The notes: generated by a model not told the origin, from the sequence alone. A stretch of DNA of 64,000 nt from Planctomycetota bacterium (GCA_965223265.1 OZ244999.1:7392001-7456000); one strand, 5' to 3'; positions 1 to 10,180 are shown, numbered from the stretch's first letter. Program-made: numbers and translations.

Positions 1-3000
1 GCTGCGATGGCGGCGGCATCCCGAACATGGAGCGGAACTGGGTTGCGCCGCACGACTTCGCCACAGAGAGCGCCGCGATCGGCGAACTCTGGGACGACAT
101 CGACTACGGCCGCAGCGCCGCAGCAACCGGCCATGGCGCGCACGACCTCAGCCAGCTGTTCTTCGGCAGCGATGCCGCAGCATGGTACAGCTTACCGTCG
201 ATCGATCCCGATCTCGCCGACCAGCTCGATACCGATGGCGTCGACTTCGCAAGCATCATCGATTTCTTCGCGGACACCTTCGCCGGCACTGAGACGAGTC
301 CTCTGTCGCGCGTCAATGTCGTGGGTGCCGCCCAAACTTATGTCGAAAACGAAGGGAATAGCTCCGTTTGCGCCTGGTTAAACACCACGGCCAGCGGCGC
401 GATTCAAGTCTGGGTCAACGAGCAAATCGTTCTCAGCCATAGCGACTGCGGGAATGATCCCGACCGCGTCGCCATTCAGCTCGAGCCGGGAATCAACCGC
501 ATCACCGTGTTGTCGTGGCAGGGCGATGGGGCGTGGGACTTCACGGTCAGCTTGACCGATTTGGACGACGACAACCTGTTTCTCGCCAACTTCAATACGG
601 CTGAAACCGGCATCGCCTTTCTTGGGGCAGAACCCACAGCGCCGCCCGTCGCGAACCTCCTGCGGGTCGCTCGTGATATCGAAGGTTCGGATTCGTGCTC
701 GAGTGGCACCCTCACGGTTAGCCTAAAGGGGAACGGCCTCGGCGGCGGGACGACTACGCTCGCCGAGGTGTTTGACGTCAGTTCAGACCTCAACTTCTCG
801 ATCTCGAACGTTTCCTCTGGCGGTCAAGCGCAATCGTTCCCGGTTGGCGGCAGGGTCACGTGGGTCATCTCGTGGGGAGAACTCGATGTCGCGGACATCA
901 ACTCCAGCGGCGTCAGCTACCAGGTCTCGCTTCAGCGGGGCTCGATCGTCGAACCGCTCGGCTTCGTCAACGGCTGTTACCCGATCGTCGGGCTTCGGCG
1001 GCTGTCACGCGTCGACGTTCAGACAGGCCCGATCGGGATCTTCGACACCTCTCACGACATCGGTAGCTCTTCCGGTCTCGCGCTTGGGAGCGGAGAGTTC
1101 TCGTCGACCCTCGGCAACGACGGCATGCCCGGCACACTCGACGACGTCTACACGATTGACGCAGCGGGATCCGGCATCGGTGCGACCGGGGATGCATTTC
1201 ACTTCGCCTATCAGCGCCGCAGCGGTGAGTTCTCGCTGCGAACTCGCACCACGAGCTTGAGCTTCCCCCCCCTCGGCGGTTCGCGTGCCCGCTACGGCCT
1301 CATGGCGCGTCGCGACTGCAACCCGGACGCGCAATTCTCGATGGTGCACGCGAACCTTGAGACACTCGCCGGAGGCTTCCCCGGAGGCGATGGGGTGTAC
1401 TGGCTCTTTCGCCACGAAGACCAGATTGCCGCGAGCGTCGATGAACGTCAGAGCGTTCAGTTCCCGAAAGTGGGTGAACAACTAGAAAATCACCCCGAGT
1501 GGTTCCGTCTCGACCGCCGCGGCAACACTTTCTTTGGCTATGCCTCCAATGATGGCCTCGATTGGACGTTGGTGGGATCTAACACGTGGTACGGGCTCGA
1601 AGATAGCGATGAAGTGCTCATCGGCTTCGCGCTGACGCGCGAGTCTTCGTCAGCCCCAGGCCAGGTGATGTTCACCGAAGCCGCTCTCGGCGCGCCGCTA
1701 CCGGCAGAGATTTTCGACAACGAGATCGGCAACCCCGGCTTCGTCGTCCGCAGCGAATCCTTTGACTCGACGCCGGACGGCTCACTTCCCGCTGGCATGG
1801 TTCGGAGCTGCGCACCCAACGACTGCGAGGATACGAGTCAGCCGCCGCGAGTGGTGGACAAGCGATTACTCCTGATCTCTCAAGATGGTTTTAGCACCGC
1901 CAGTTCTGTCTTCTTCAGCGACCCCGTACCCATTCGTAGTGGGCAGCTGATCATCGAGTACACGCTGCGCCTGCAGCACACCGGCATCGTTGACGGCAAA
2001 GTCATCGGCGACCCTAATCCCGGCCATGGGATGACGATGACGGTGATCGCGGGTACGGACCCGACTCGAGTCGGCAGTGCTGCCGACGGGCTCGGCTATG
2101 CTGGAATCGGCGCTCCGAGCGTTGCCATCGAGGCGGACGCTTTCAGGTCCAAAGACGACGTCAACGAGGGGCTCGGTTCGCCGACGGACGACGGACTGTG
2201 GCATCTCGGCATCAACACGGGTGGAAACGCCCACTCGATCACCATCAGTAGCATAGCCCTGCCAGACCTTTTCGCCGCTGCAGGCGTGAGACACCGCGTC
2301 ATCCTGAACTCCGAAGGATTCGTGCAGGTGTTCGTCGCGCCCGGGGCAAACGGCGCGGGCGGCGGAGTCGAAGAAGATTTCATGCTCGCCGCAGAAGGCA
2401 ACACGGAGCCGCTAGCGACGGACGCAGAATCACTCGGAGTCGTAGGCTTCACTGGCAGCACGGCCGAGGACTCGTCGACCACCGGTGAAGTCGATGATGT
2501 TGTCATCACGTTCGTGCCATGCGACGACACACCTGAAATCGCAGCGATCGAAGAAATCAGTCGAGACGGCAACACGTTCACTCTCTCTGCGGCGGCGTCG
2601 AGCGCCGGTCAAAACGATGCGGCCGAGCCGCTCTCCTTTGCCTGGGATGTTTCGGGAACCGGCACGATCAACGGCGCTCGCAACGGAGAGACGGTGCAGC
2701 TCGTCGTCGGCGACGGGGAAGTTTTCCTCACCCTTACGGTCGACGATGGGCGCTGCACAAACCCAGCGGAGGCCGTGTTCGGCACAGCCACGCTGCTCCC
2801 AGGAGACGTGAATCAGGATTCCGATCTCGACATCTCAGACCCTGTGTCGCAGCTGAACTTCCTCTTCAGTTCAGGCGAATTGACCGATTGCTTCGTCGTG
2901 CCGAATTCTGTCCCGCCGCAGCTGACCAGTCTCGGCGTGACGGTCCTCGACTTCAATGGCGACGGGGAGAACGACATTTCGGATCCGGTCTCGAGCCTCA

Positions 3001-3101
3001 ACTACCTCTTTGCGGGACAAGGATTCCCGCCGCATGCACTTGGCGCCGACTGCGTCCGCATTCTGGGAAGCGGAGGGTGCGCGAACAACTGCGCACCGTG
3101 A
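1..3101 (+). CDS. Large secreted multidomain beta-sandwich protein (DUF1349-like and L-type lectin-like domains, PKD domain, C-terminal dockerin-like domain); 5' end probably outside the window
   Basis: ORF 27..3101 is open upstream to the window edge. It has the duplicated dockerin motifs GDVNQDSDLDISDPVSQLNFLF and DFNGDGENDISDPVSSLNYLF, PKD-like TLSAAASS..LSFAWDV..LTLTVDDG, and lectin-like SVAIEAD / VVGFTGST. Confidence 0.7.
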   Translation, partial: CDGGGIPNMERNWVAPHDFATESAAIGELWDDIDYGRSAAATGHGAHDLSQLFFGSDAAAWYSLPSIDPDLADQLDTDGVDFASIIDFFADTFAGTETSPLSRVNVVGAAQTYVENEGNSSVCAWLNTTASGAIQVWVNEQIVLSHSDCGNDPDRVAIQLEPGINRITVLSWQGDGAWDFTVSLTDLDDDNLFLANFNTAETGIAFLGAEPTAPPVANLLRVARDIEGSDSCSSGTLTVSLKGNGLGGGTTTLAEVFDVSSDLNFSISNVSSGGQAQSFPVGGRVTWVISWGELDVADINSSGVSYQVSLQRGSIVEPLGFVNGCYPIVGLRRLSRVDVQTGPIGIFDTSHDIGSSSGLALGSGEFSSTLGNDGMPGTLDDVYTIDAAGSGIGATGDAFHFAYQRRSGEFSLRTRTTSLSFPPLGGSRARYGLMARRDCNPDAQFSMVHANLETLAGGFPGGDGVYWLFRHEDQIAASVDERQSVQFPKVGEQLENHPEWFRLDRRGNTFFGYASNDGLDWTLVGSNTWYGLEDSDEVLIGFALTRESSSAPGQVMFTEAALGAPLPAEIFDNEIGNPGFVVRSESFDSTPDGSLPAGMVRSCAPNDCEDTSQPPRVVDKRLLLISQDGFSTASSVFFSDPVPIRSGQLIIEYTLRLQHTGIVDGKVIGDPNPGHGMTMTVIAGTDPTRVGSAADGLGYAGIGAPSVAIEADAFRSKDDVNEGLGSPTDDGLWHLGINTGGNAHSITISSIALPDLFAAAGVRHRVILNSEGFVQVFVAPGANGAGGGVEEDFMLAAEGNTEPLATDAESLGVVGFTGSTAEDSSTTGEVDDVVITFVPCDDTPEIAAIEEISRDGNTFTLSAAASSAGQNDAAEPLSFAWDVSGTGTINGARNGETVQLVVGDGEVFLTLTVDDGRCTNPAEAVFGTATLLPGDVNQDSDLDISDPVSQLNFLFSSGELTDCFVVPNSVPPQLTSLGVTVLDFNGDGENDISDPVSSLNYLFAGQGFPPHALGADCVRILGSGGCANNCAP

Positions 3102-3114
3102 AGTCCGGCAGCGC

Positions 3115-5673
3115 TCACACGTTCGCTGGCTCGCGGCTGTAGAGGCGGAACCCGATAACGGAAGCTGAGCGTTCCGCCAAATAACCCAAACGACTCGCGG
3201 CACGAAAGTGCCCCGAAGTGACGATGCTCCACGAACCGCCGCGGATGACTCGCGTGCCGACGCGCTCGTCGAACCACGTTTGTGTCCACTCGCGGACGGA
3301 CCCAGCCAAATCTCGCACTCCGTACGGGGAAGTATCACCGACAAACGACCCGACTGGTTCAGGCTGCGCACTCTCCTGACGCGAAAGCCCGCCCTTGACG
3401 AAGACCCAGTCGAAGTCGTCGCCCCAAGGATGGTACCGACCGTCGACGCCACGCGCCGCTTTCTCCCAGGCATCCTCCGGTGGTAACTCGTAGGGCCGCG
3501 AATCGAGTTCTGAACGCCACTGTGCGTAGGCCCGGGCCGACTCCCACGTCACCCCGAATACCGGACAGTTGATCTCAAAGCCAGGCGGGTAGAGTCGACG
3601 AATGTCGCCGGCAACCAGAGTGTCCACAGGTCGATGCGCGCCCTTCGAGAATTCGACGAACACCTCGTCGCCTTGGCGTGGAGTGTGGGCCTTAACATCC
3701 TCACCGTGCGCCGTCAGCGCATCGAGAAAAGCACAGTACTCATGCATTGTGACCGGAAATCGAGAGATGAAGAAATCACCGAGGAAAAGCCGCTCTTTCG
3801 GCGTCGACCCTGGAGCGTCGGCGTCGCCACCGGAGAAGAATTCGCCGCCTGGGATGTAAACGAAGCCGTCACCGATCTCCGAAGCCGTTCGCAGGCGGAC
3901 GCTACCGTGGTGCTCTTCGGAGCGGTCGATGAACACGGGATAGTCAACGTCGCGGTAGCCGTCCTTTTGGAGCACGACGAGGTACGATCCCATCGGCAGT
4001 TCGGCATTCAGCGGTGTTCGTTTCGAAAAGAGTGGCTCGCCCGTGACGAGTTGTCGGCCATCGCGTTCGTAGCGGTAGAGTGTCGCGTTCGCGTCCGGTG
4101 GATCGACCTCGAGAATCAGCCTGCCATCGCCCTTGAGTCGGTCGGCGTAGCGGCCGTCATCGTAGGCGAGAATCAAGTCGTGATAGAAGGTAGCCTCCTC
4201 ACTCCGCCGCTCCGACTCTGCCTTGAGGAATCGTTTCCAGTAGAGATCGGTCAACGCCGCGCGCGCCTCCTTCGACTTCGGATTCGTCTGCACGGCGGCA
4301 TTGAGAGTCGCGATCGCCCTAGACAGCGCGTTCGCGCCGTCGCTTTTGAGAGCTTCGATGCGATCCTCCGTGTCCCAGAGTGCACGCTTCTTTTCAACCG
4401 AATCGAACGGCGCAACCTGCTGTGCCTGTCGTCGCGCCTCGGCCTGCATCTCCGCTTGCTGCTCCTCAAGACGGTTGAATCGCGAGACATACCGCCGTCC
4501 TTCTCGGACTAGTTTGAGCGCCCCTTGTCGCCGGCGTTCATGGTCCCTGGTGCCTTCGATAAAACTCTGGAGGTCTTCCTGAAACTCACGTGCACTCGAA
4601 TGCCGCGACTCCGGATCGAACGAAAGCGCCTTCATGCAAATGGATTCAAGATCTGCTGGAATTCTCGTTCCCGGAGGAGCGACCTCGCTCGGAGCGCCGA
4701 TCTTTCCACCCCGCGCTGACGTAAGGATTTCTTGGACGTTTCGACCCGCATGCGGAGGCCGAAACGAAAGGCACTCGTACAGGACAGAGCCAAGACCAAA
4801 GACGTCAGTACGCTCGTCGATGCTCGCGGCGTCGCCGCGAGCCTGCTCGGGCGACAGGTACGCCGGAGTTCCCTGGACGACACCATCGATCGTCATAAGC
4901 CCGCTTTGACTTCTTGCGGTCTCCACCGGATCTTCACCGTAGAGCTCCCGGCTGTCGCTGTCGGCCGTGACGATCTTGGCGAGTCCCCAATCCATGACGA
5001 GCACTTCGCCGTAATCCCCCACCATGATGTTCTCTGGTTTGAGATCGCGATGGATCACGCCACGGACGTTGGCGTAATGCACACCCATGGCTGCTTGTTG
5101 CACGATCTGAGCCACACGGATCGGTGTGAACTCACGGCGAACCTCTGGGCGACCGATCGAAAGATGCTGCGCGACTTCCCGCAGCGTCCGCCCTTTCACT
5201 AACTTCATCGTGAAAAAGACGCGTCCCTGCTCATCGATTCCCATCTCATGAACCGGCGGGATATTGGGATGCTCGAGCTGGCCACAGACCTGCGCCTCCT
5301 CGACAAAGCGACTGAGGCGATCCGAGTCACTGCCCGATCCACGGCGGATGACTTTCATCGCCACCCAACGGTGGAGATCCGTGTCGTACGCCTTGAGCAC
5401 CTGTCCCATGCCGCCGCGCCCAATCTCGGATGCGACGCTGTACTTACGGTCTGGCTGTCCCGGACTTGGCGGCGCGTCGGCAGGCGGCGGCGGCGTGTCG
5501 AGCGAAACAGAACCGAGGGCATTCTGAACGAGGCTCAGGACGCTATAGGTACCGATCGTCGGCGCCGTCCCCTCCGGTGTCTCTTCAGCCGCGGCATCGG
5601 CACGAGCGGATCCGGCATCGAACGAATCGTCATCTCCCGAATTGTCGCGTTTCGGCGGTTTGGAATCCGTCAT
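3115..5673 (-). CDS. Ser/Thr protein kinase with PEGA-like segment and C-terminal FGE-sulfatase (SUMF1/EgtB/PvdO) domain
   Basis: Hanks kinase motifs IGRGGMGQV, VAMK, HRDLKPENIM, MDWGLAK, GTPAYLSPEQ; C-terminal CPVFGVTW, WEKAARG, DLAGSVREW, RGGSW, IGFRL. Confidence 0.93.
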   Translation of the reverse strand: MTDSKPPKRDNSGDDDSFDAGSARADAAAEETPEGTAPTIGTYSVLSLVQNALGSVSLDTPPPPADAPPSPGQPDRKYSVASEIGRGGMGQVLKAYDTDLHRWVAMKVIRRGSGSDSDRLSRFVEEAQVCGQLEHPNIPPVHEMGIDEQGRVFFTMKLVKGRTLREVAQHLSIGRPEVRREFTPIRVAQIVQQAAMGVHYANVRGVIHRDLKPENIMVGDYGEVLVMDWGLAKIVTADSDSRELYGEDPVETARSQSGLMTIDGVVQGTPAYLSPEQARGDAASIDERTDVFGLGSVLYECLSFRPPHAGRNVQEILTSARGGKIGAPSEVAPPGTRIPADLESICMKALSFDPESRHSSAREFQEDLQSFIEGTRDHERRRQGALKLVREGRRYVSRFNRLEEQQAEMQAEARRQAQQVAPFDSVEKKRALWDTEDRIEALKSDGANALSRAIATLNAAVQTNPKSKEARAALTDLYWKRFLKAESERRSEEATFYHDLILAYDDGRYADRLKGDGRLILEVDPPDANATLYRYERDGRQLVTGEPLFSKRTPLNAELPMGSYLVVLQKDGYRDVDYPVFIDRSEEHHGSVRLRTASEIGDGFVYIPGGEFFSGGDADAPGSTPKERLFLGDFFISRFPVTMHEYCAFLDALTAHGEDVKAHTPRQGDEVFVEFSKGAHRPVDTLVAGDIRRLYPPGFEINCPVFGVTWESARAYAQWRSELDSRPYELPPEDAWEKAARGVDGRYHPWGDDFDWVFVKGGLSRQESAQPEPVGSFVGDTSPYGVRDLAGSVREWTQTWFDERVGTRVIRGGSWSIVTSGHFRAASRLGYLAERSASVIGFRLYSREPANV

Positions 5674-5897
5674 ACGCCAGACCTTGCCTCCGTCCGCACT
5701 TCGCGCCGGGACCGCCGGCGTCTCGAAGCGAGACGCATGAGGAACCGATGAAGCGAAAGACAGGATGTCACAAAGCGGGGTGCACCGGCAAGCTCCGAGA
5801 GAGGCACGACCAGCTCACGACACCGCGATATCGAGACTGCTCAACAGGTAGGTTGGGATGTCGTATCGTCGCTGTTTTGTAGCTGTTCGCGGCGACT

Positions 5898-6485
5898 TCA
5901 GGCCTGGCGTAGAACCGCTTTGAGCTTTCGGGCCGCCCGTGATTCACGCATTCGGACTGCAGTTGCGGTGATGCCGAGTTCGGCTGCGATCTCAGGCGAC
6001 TTCTTGCCGGCAAAACGAAGCTCGATCACAAGGCGCTGCTCTTCCGGCAGCTGCGCGATCGCGTCCCGCAGGCGCTGTTTCATCTCGTCACGGACTACCT
6101 CTTCGACTGCAGGAGCTGCATCATCGACAGCACGCTCGGCAGCGTCGTTCATGCCGATCTGCGGCTTCTTGCGGCGCACAGCTCGCCCGATCTTGCGGCG
6201 CAGAATCGTTCGCAGCCACTGAAAAAACTCGGCCTCGGACTCGCCGCGAAACTGGGAGGCATCAAGCCAACCGCTTCGTAGCGCGCTTTGCATGACGTCC
6301 ATGCTGTCGACGAAATCACGGGCACGATCGTTTCGGGGCAAGAGTCGCCGAGCTAGAGCCATGAGCTCGGCACCTTCCTTCTCTTGATTAGCCAGGCGGG
6401 AAAAAATCTCTTGCCAGGCGTCCGATTCACCCGCGCGAGCATGCTGCAGCAAAGCCTTGAAGGACGATCGGCGAGGAGCGTTCAT
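5898..6485 (-). CDS. ECF-type sigma-70 factor (kinase-associated type)
   Basis: Sigma2-like DSMDVMQS..FRGESEAEFFQWLRTILRR and sigma4 HTH IAQLPEEQRLVIELR..EIAAELGIT..AVRMRESRA; upstream of and co-oriented with the kinase. Confidence 0.88.
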   Translation of the reverse strand: MNAPRRSSFKALLQHARAGESDAWQEIFSRLANQEKEGAELMALARRLLPRNDRARDFVDSMDVMQSALRSGWLDASQFRGESEAEFFQWLRTILRRKIGRAVRRKKPQIGMNDAAERAVDDAAPAVEEVVRDEMKQRLRDAIAQLPEEQRLVIELRFAGKKSPEIAAELGITATAVRMRESRAARKLKAVLRQA

Positions 6486-6534
6486 GAGAGACTCACGCGC
6501 AGAACGATGGAATGCGAATTAGCCAAACTCCAGT

Positions 6535-7521
6535 TCAGCCTCCAATCTGCGACATGGAGCGCGATGCTCGCACGAATTCGGGAGAGTTGATCTGGTGCCC
6601 CGGCTCCTTGTCCCAAACCGCGCGGCGCAAGACCTCGGCGATTTGCTTGTCAGTCGCGTCGCTCCGCACGAGACTGACAAGATCCGTCTCCTTGACCGAA
6701 AAAAGGCACGTTCGCAGTTTCCCGTCCGCGGTGAGTCGAATGCGGTTGCATTGTTCGCAGAACGGCTCGGTCACCGAGTTGATGAAACCGACTTTTCCAC
6801 CCACGCCATCGCCAAACACGTAGTCCCGTGCTGGAGCCGTCGACGACTGCGCTGGATCGGGGCGAAGAGGGTATGCGGCGTGAATGCGTTCTCGGATCTC
6901 CTTGCCGCTCATCATGACGTCTCGGCTCCAGGCGTTTTGCGCATCAAGCGGCATGAACTCGATGAAACGCACCTCGAACGAACGATTCCGCGCGAGCTCC
7001 GCGAAACGCAGAAGTTCATGATCGTTGACTGAGCGTAGGATCACCGCATTCACCTTGATCGGCCCCTCAAACCAACGCGCTGCGGCATCGAGCCCGCGGA
7101 GGACTTGCTCGAGTCCATCTCTCTTGGCCAGGCGCATGAAATTCTGACGAAGCAGCGAGTCAAGACTGACATTGATTCGCTTGAGGCCGGCAGCCGAGAG
7201 CTTCTCCGCACTTTGCTCGAGGAGTAGGCCGTTCGTTGTCAGCGAGATGTCGTCGACTCCATCGAGGCGCTCAAGGAGCGCGACCAGTCGATGAAGATCA
7301 CGCCGCAGAAGTGGTTCCCCACCGGTCAGCCGAATCCGGCGCACACCGAGTCCAGCGGCGATGCGTACAAGGCGGACGATCTCCTCGAACGTCAGCAGAC
7401 TGTCGCGCGGCAGCCACTCGAGCCCCTCTTCGGGCATGCAGTAGGTGCAGCGGAAGTTGCAACGATCCGTGACGGAGATCCGCAGGTTGTCGATCACCCG
7501 TCCATGTCGGTCTTGCAGCAT
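6535..7521 (-). CDS. moaA: GTP 3',8-cyclase MoaA
   Basis: LRISVTDRCNFRCTYCMP radical-SAM motif, LTGGEPLLR, FCEQCNRIRLTADGKLRTCLF, C-terminal MSQIGG; ATG at 7521 chosen as start. Confidence 0.97.
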   Translation of the reverse strand: MLQDRHGRVIDNLRISVTDRCNFRCTYCMPEEGLEWLPRDSLLTFEEIVRLVRIAAGLGVRRIRLTGGEPLLRRDLHRLVALLERLDGVDDISLTTNGLLLEQSAEKLSAAGLKRINVSLDSLLRQNFMRLAKRDGLEQVLRGLDAAARWFEGPIKVNAVILRSVNDHELLRFAELARNRSFEVRFIEFMPLDAQNAWSRDVMMSGKEIRERIHAAYPLRPDPAQSSTAPARDYVFGDGVGGKVGFINSVTEPFCEQCNRIRLTADGKLRTCLFSVKETDLVSLVRSDATDKQIAEVLRRAVWDKEPGHQINSPEFVRASRSMSQIGG

Positions 7522-7701
7522 TGGACTCAACGATTCGCGTTATCGGTTCGCCGTTGACCGCCGGGCGCACCGGCGGCTGAGATTTCAAGCGCTGGGGCGC
7601 CTGTCCCAGCGAGGCCCGTCATTGTAGCACGACCGGGCGGCGAACAGCGACAGGGGGAGAGGCTGGGCACGGGTGACATCCTATGTGCGAGCTGCTACTA
7701 T

Positions 7702-7718
7702 TGTGCAGTCAGTGCACA
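7702..7718. promoter_or_regulatory. Palindromic operator TGTGCA-N5-TGCACA upstream of the sigma54 activator (putative autoregulatory site)
   Basis: Perfect 6-5-6 palindrome tgtgca-gtcag-tgcaca between the divergent moaA and activator genes; a near copy lies at 10016-10032. Confidence 0.5.
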
Positions 7719-7766
7719 CATCCGCGGCAGTCGCCGCGACGCTCTTCTCCAAGCGAGAACCCTCTC

Positions 7767-9908
7767 GTGACTCCAAAAGGTACACCGGTCAACGAGGCCG
7801 CCGCGAACAACCCGCCCGAGATCCAGCTCGATAGCCGTTTGGCGATTCTGCAGGACATCAGCCTCGCCCTCAACTCGACGCTCGACCCCGACAAGCTGAC
7901 GGAGGTCATCTTGGACTCGTGCATTCGCTACACGGGGGCGACGACAGGCTCTCTCATTCTCACCGATGACAGCGACCTCCTGCGCATCGTCGCGGCCCGT
8001 GGACTAGGGGCCGACGTCGGCGAGGAAGTGACCCTGCGCATTGGTGAAGGCATCACGGGCTGGGTCGCCAAACATGCCAAGGCGATCAACGTGCCGGACG
8101 TTCGCCAGGACCGCCGCTACGTCATGGTGAAGGAGCACATTCGCAGCGAAGTCGCGGTGCCGATGGTGCTGAACAAGCGTGTCATTGGAGTTATCAGCGT
8201 CGATAGCACGCGGCCAGAAAACTTCGCCGAGGAAGACGTCAAGCTTCTCGTCATCGTTGCGACCCAGGCAGCCCAGATCCTCGAGAATGCGCGAGCGTAT
8301 GAGGATCTGCGGCGCCGCACGCGGCAGGACGAAACCATGCTCGAAATCAGCCAAGTGCTCGGCTCGGCGCTCGATTTCGAGGAGCTCTTTCAGCAGGTGA
8401 TGGCGATCCTCTCGCGGCGCTCTGGCATGACCCGAGGCCTGCTTGTTCTCTCACAGCCGGAGTCGCGCGAGCTCGCCATCGAAGTTGCGTTCGGGCTCAC
8501 GTCCGAGGAGATCGCCAAGGGGCGCTACCAAGAAGGAGAGGGCATCATCGGTCGCGTATTTCGCACCGGAAAGCCCGTCGGCGTCAGGGACATCCGTCGC
8601 GAACCGGCTTTCCTGGGCCGCACTGGAGCCATTGTGCCGCGAGACGAGCCGCTCTCGTTTCTTGCCTGCCCTATCGTTCTCGACGGGACGCCCGCCGGCG
8701 TCTTCGGCGTCGAGAAGGTTTTCACCGGCGACGATGAGCTCAATGAAGACCTCGGATTCCTAGAGATCGTCGTGAGCACCCTCTCTCAGGCCGTCAAAAT
8801 CTACCGTGAGGTCGCCAGACAAAAAGAAAAGTTGATTCAAGAGAACGAGCTGCTGCGCGAGGAACTCGGCTGGCGCTACCAGTTCGACAACATGGTCGGC
8901 AACAGCCCGGCAATACAAAAAGTCTTCTCCTTGGTCAGCAGCGTCGCGAGGACCCGTTCGACCGTGCTCATTCTGGGCGAGAGCGGCACTGGCAAGGAGC
9001 TGATCGCCCACGCGATTCACTACAACAGCCCTCGCGCCGAGAGACCTTTCGTGCGCGTCAACTGTGCAGCAATTCCTGAAAACCTCCTCGAACCTGAACT
9101 CTTCGGGCACGTCAAAGGCGCGTTTACCGGAGCGACCGCGAACCGTAAAGGAAAGTTCGTCATGGCAGACGGTGGGACGATCTTTCTCGACGAGATCGGA
9201 GACATGAGCCCACTTCTGCAGGCCAAGATTCTGCGCGTCCTTCAGGAACGCGAAGTCGAGGTGATTGGCAGTGAAGAGACCGTCAAAGTCGACGTCCGCG
9301 TGATCGCAGCGACTCATCAAAACCTGGAAGATCTGATCGCGGCGGGTCAGTTTCGCGAGGATCTTTACTATCGCCTCAACGTCGTGCAGATCGTCCTACC
9401 TCCGCTGCGCGAGCGCCCTGAGGACATTCGACTATTGATCGAACACTTCCTCGAAAAGTTCCGCCGCGAGCATGACCTTCCCGAGCTCGAGCTCACCAGC
9501 GAGTCCATGCGCTACCTCTTGCGCCACGACTGGCCAGGGAATGTCCGTGAGCTCGAAAACGTTGTCGAGCGTGCGGCAGTCGTCAGCCAAGCGGGGCTGA
9601 TCCGCGCCGAAGATCTTCCAGAACTGTCGCGCCTCGCGGCGCGGCCGGCAGGCGGCGGCTACGCCAGCTCGCAGCCGACTTCCCTCGAGGAAGCCCTGCG
9701 AGCGTTCCTTGGCGGTCGCTTCGGCAGCCGGCCGCAGAACGGGACGGTCTGGGACGAAACCATGCGCCGGGTCGAGGGCCAGCTGCTCAAGTTCGCCCTC
9801 GAGCAATCGGGCGGAGTGCAGCTCAAGGCCGCCGACCTGCTCGGCATCCACCGCAACACGCTGCGCAAGAAGTTGACCAGCGCCAACGACGAGCCTGCCG
9901 AGCGCTAA
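7767..9908 (+). CDS. Sigma54-dependent enhancer-binding protein, GAF-GAF-AAA-Fis HTH (NifA/FhlA-like architecture)
   Basis: Two GAF domains, GESGTGKEL, ELFGHVKGAFTGA, FLDEIGDM, FREDLYYRL, WPGNVRELEN, HTH KAADLLGIHRNTLRKK; GTG at 7767 is a more plausible start than 7683. Confidence 0.95.
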   Translation: MTPKGTPVNEAAANNPPEIQLDSRLAILQDISLALNSTLDPDKLTEVILDSCIRYTGATTGSLILTDDSDLLRIVAARGLGADVGEEVTLRIGEGITGWVAKHAKAINVPDVRQDRRYVMVKEHIRSEVAVPMVLNKRVIGVISVDSTRPENFAEEDVKLLVIVATQAAQILENARAYEDLRRRTRQDETMLEISQVLGSALDFEELFQQVMAILSRRSGMTRGLLVLSQPESRELAIEVAFGLTSEEIAKGRYQEGEGIIGRVFRTGKPVGVRDIRREPAFLGRTGAIVPRDEPLSFLACPIVLDGTPAGVFGVEKVFTGDDELNEDLGFLEIVVSTLSQAVKIYREVARQKEKLIQENELLREELGWRYQFDNMVGNSPAIQKVFSLVSSVARTRSTVLILGESGTGKELIAHAIHYNSPRAERPFVRVNCAAIPENLLEPELFGHVKGAFTGATANRKGKFVMADGGTIFLDEIGDMSPLLQAKILRVLQEREVEVIGSEETVKVDVRVIAATHQNLEDLIAAGQFREDLYYRLNVVQIVLPPLRERPEDIRLLIEHFLEKFRREHDLPELELTSESMRYLLRHDWPGNVRELENVVERAAVVSQAGLIRAEDLPELSRLAARPAGGGYASSQPTSLEEALRAFLGGRFGSRPQNGTVWDETMRRVEGQLLKFALEQSGGVQLKAADLLGIHRNTLRKKLTSANDEPAER

Positions 9909-10015
9909 CAGCCCGCTCGTGGCGCTGGCCGGCAGCGGTGGTGCGCCAAGGCGTGCGAAGACGCGTGGCCAGAAGCGATCGCTCTGCCTCTTTTTTATGC
10001 AGAGAGACCTATCCG

Positions 10016-10032
10016 AGTGCATTTTCCGCACA
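10016..10032. promoter_or_regulatory. Putative enhancer (UAS) aGTGCA-N5-cGCACA
   Basis: Matches the 7702-7718 palindrome at 10 of 12 arm positions; lies about 125-140 bp upstream of a -24/-12 box. Confidence 0.45.
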
Positions 10033-10154
10033 CTTATTGAGCGCCCACGGGCGCTCCGGCGAGAGCGTCCGTCAACTGCACCAACGTTGTAAGCCGTTGC
10101 CAGGCAATGCAGAACAGCCCTGACGAAACGTCTTCCTGGGGGCCCGGTAGCGCG

Positions 10155-10170
10155 TGGCCCCCACTTTGCT
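10155..10170 (+). promoter_or_regulatory. Sigma54 -24/-12 promoter
   Basis: TGGCCCCCACTTTGCT = TGG-N10-GC with TTGCT at -12. Confidence 0.65.
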
Positions 10171-10180
10171 ATATCGAGCC

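Noticed and set aside
7767-9908. nifA / nitrogen-fixation locus
   Set aside because: The architecture is NifA-like, but it has two GAF domains and no nif genes are in the window; the palindrome is TGT-N11-ACA, not N10.
9905-9916. ctaacagcccgc resembling a MITE end after the activator stop codon
   Set aside because: Only about 8-10 nt match and no internal element sequence follows.
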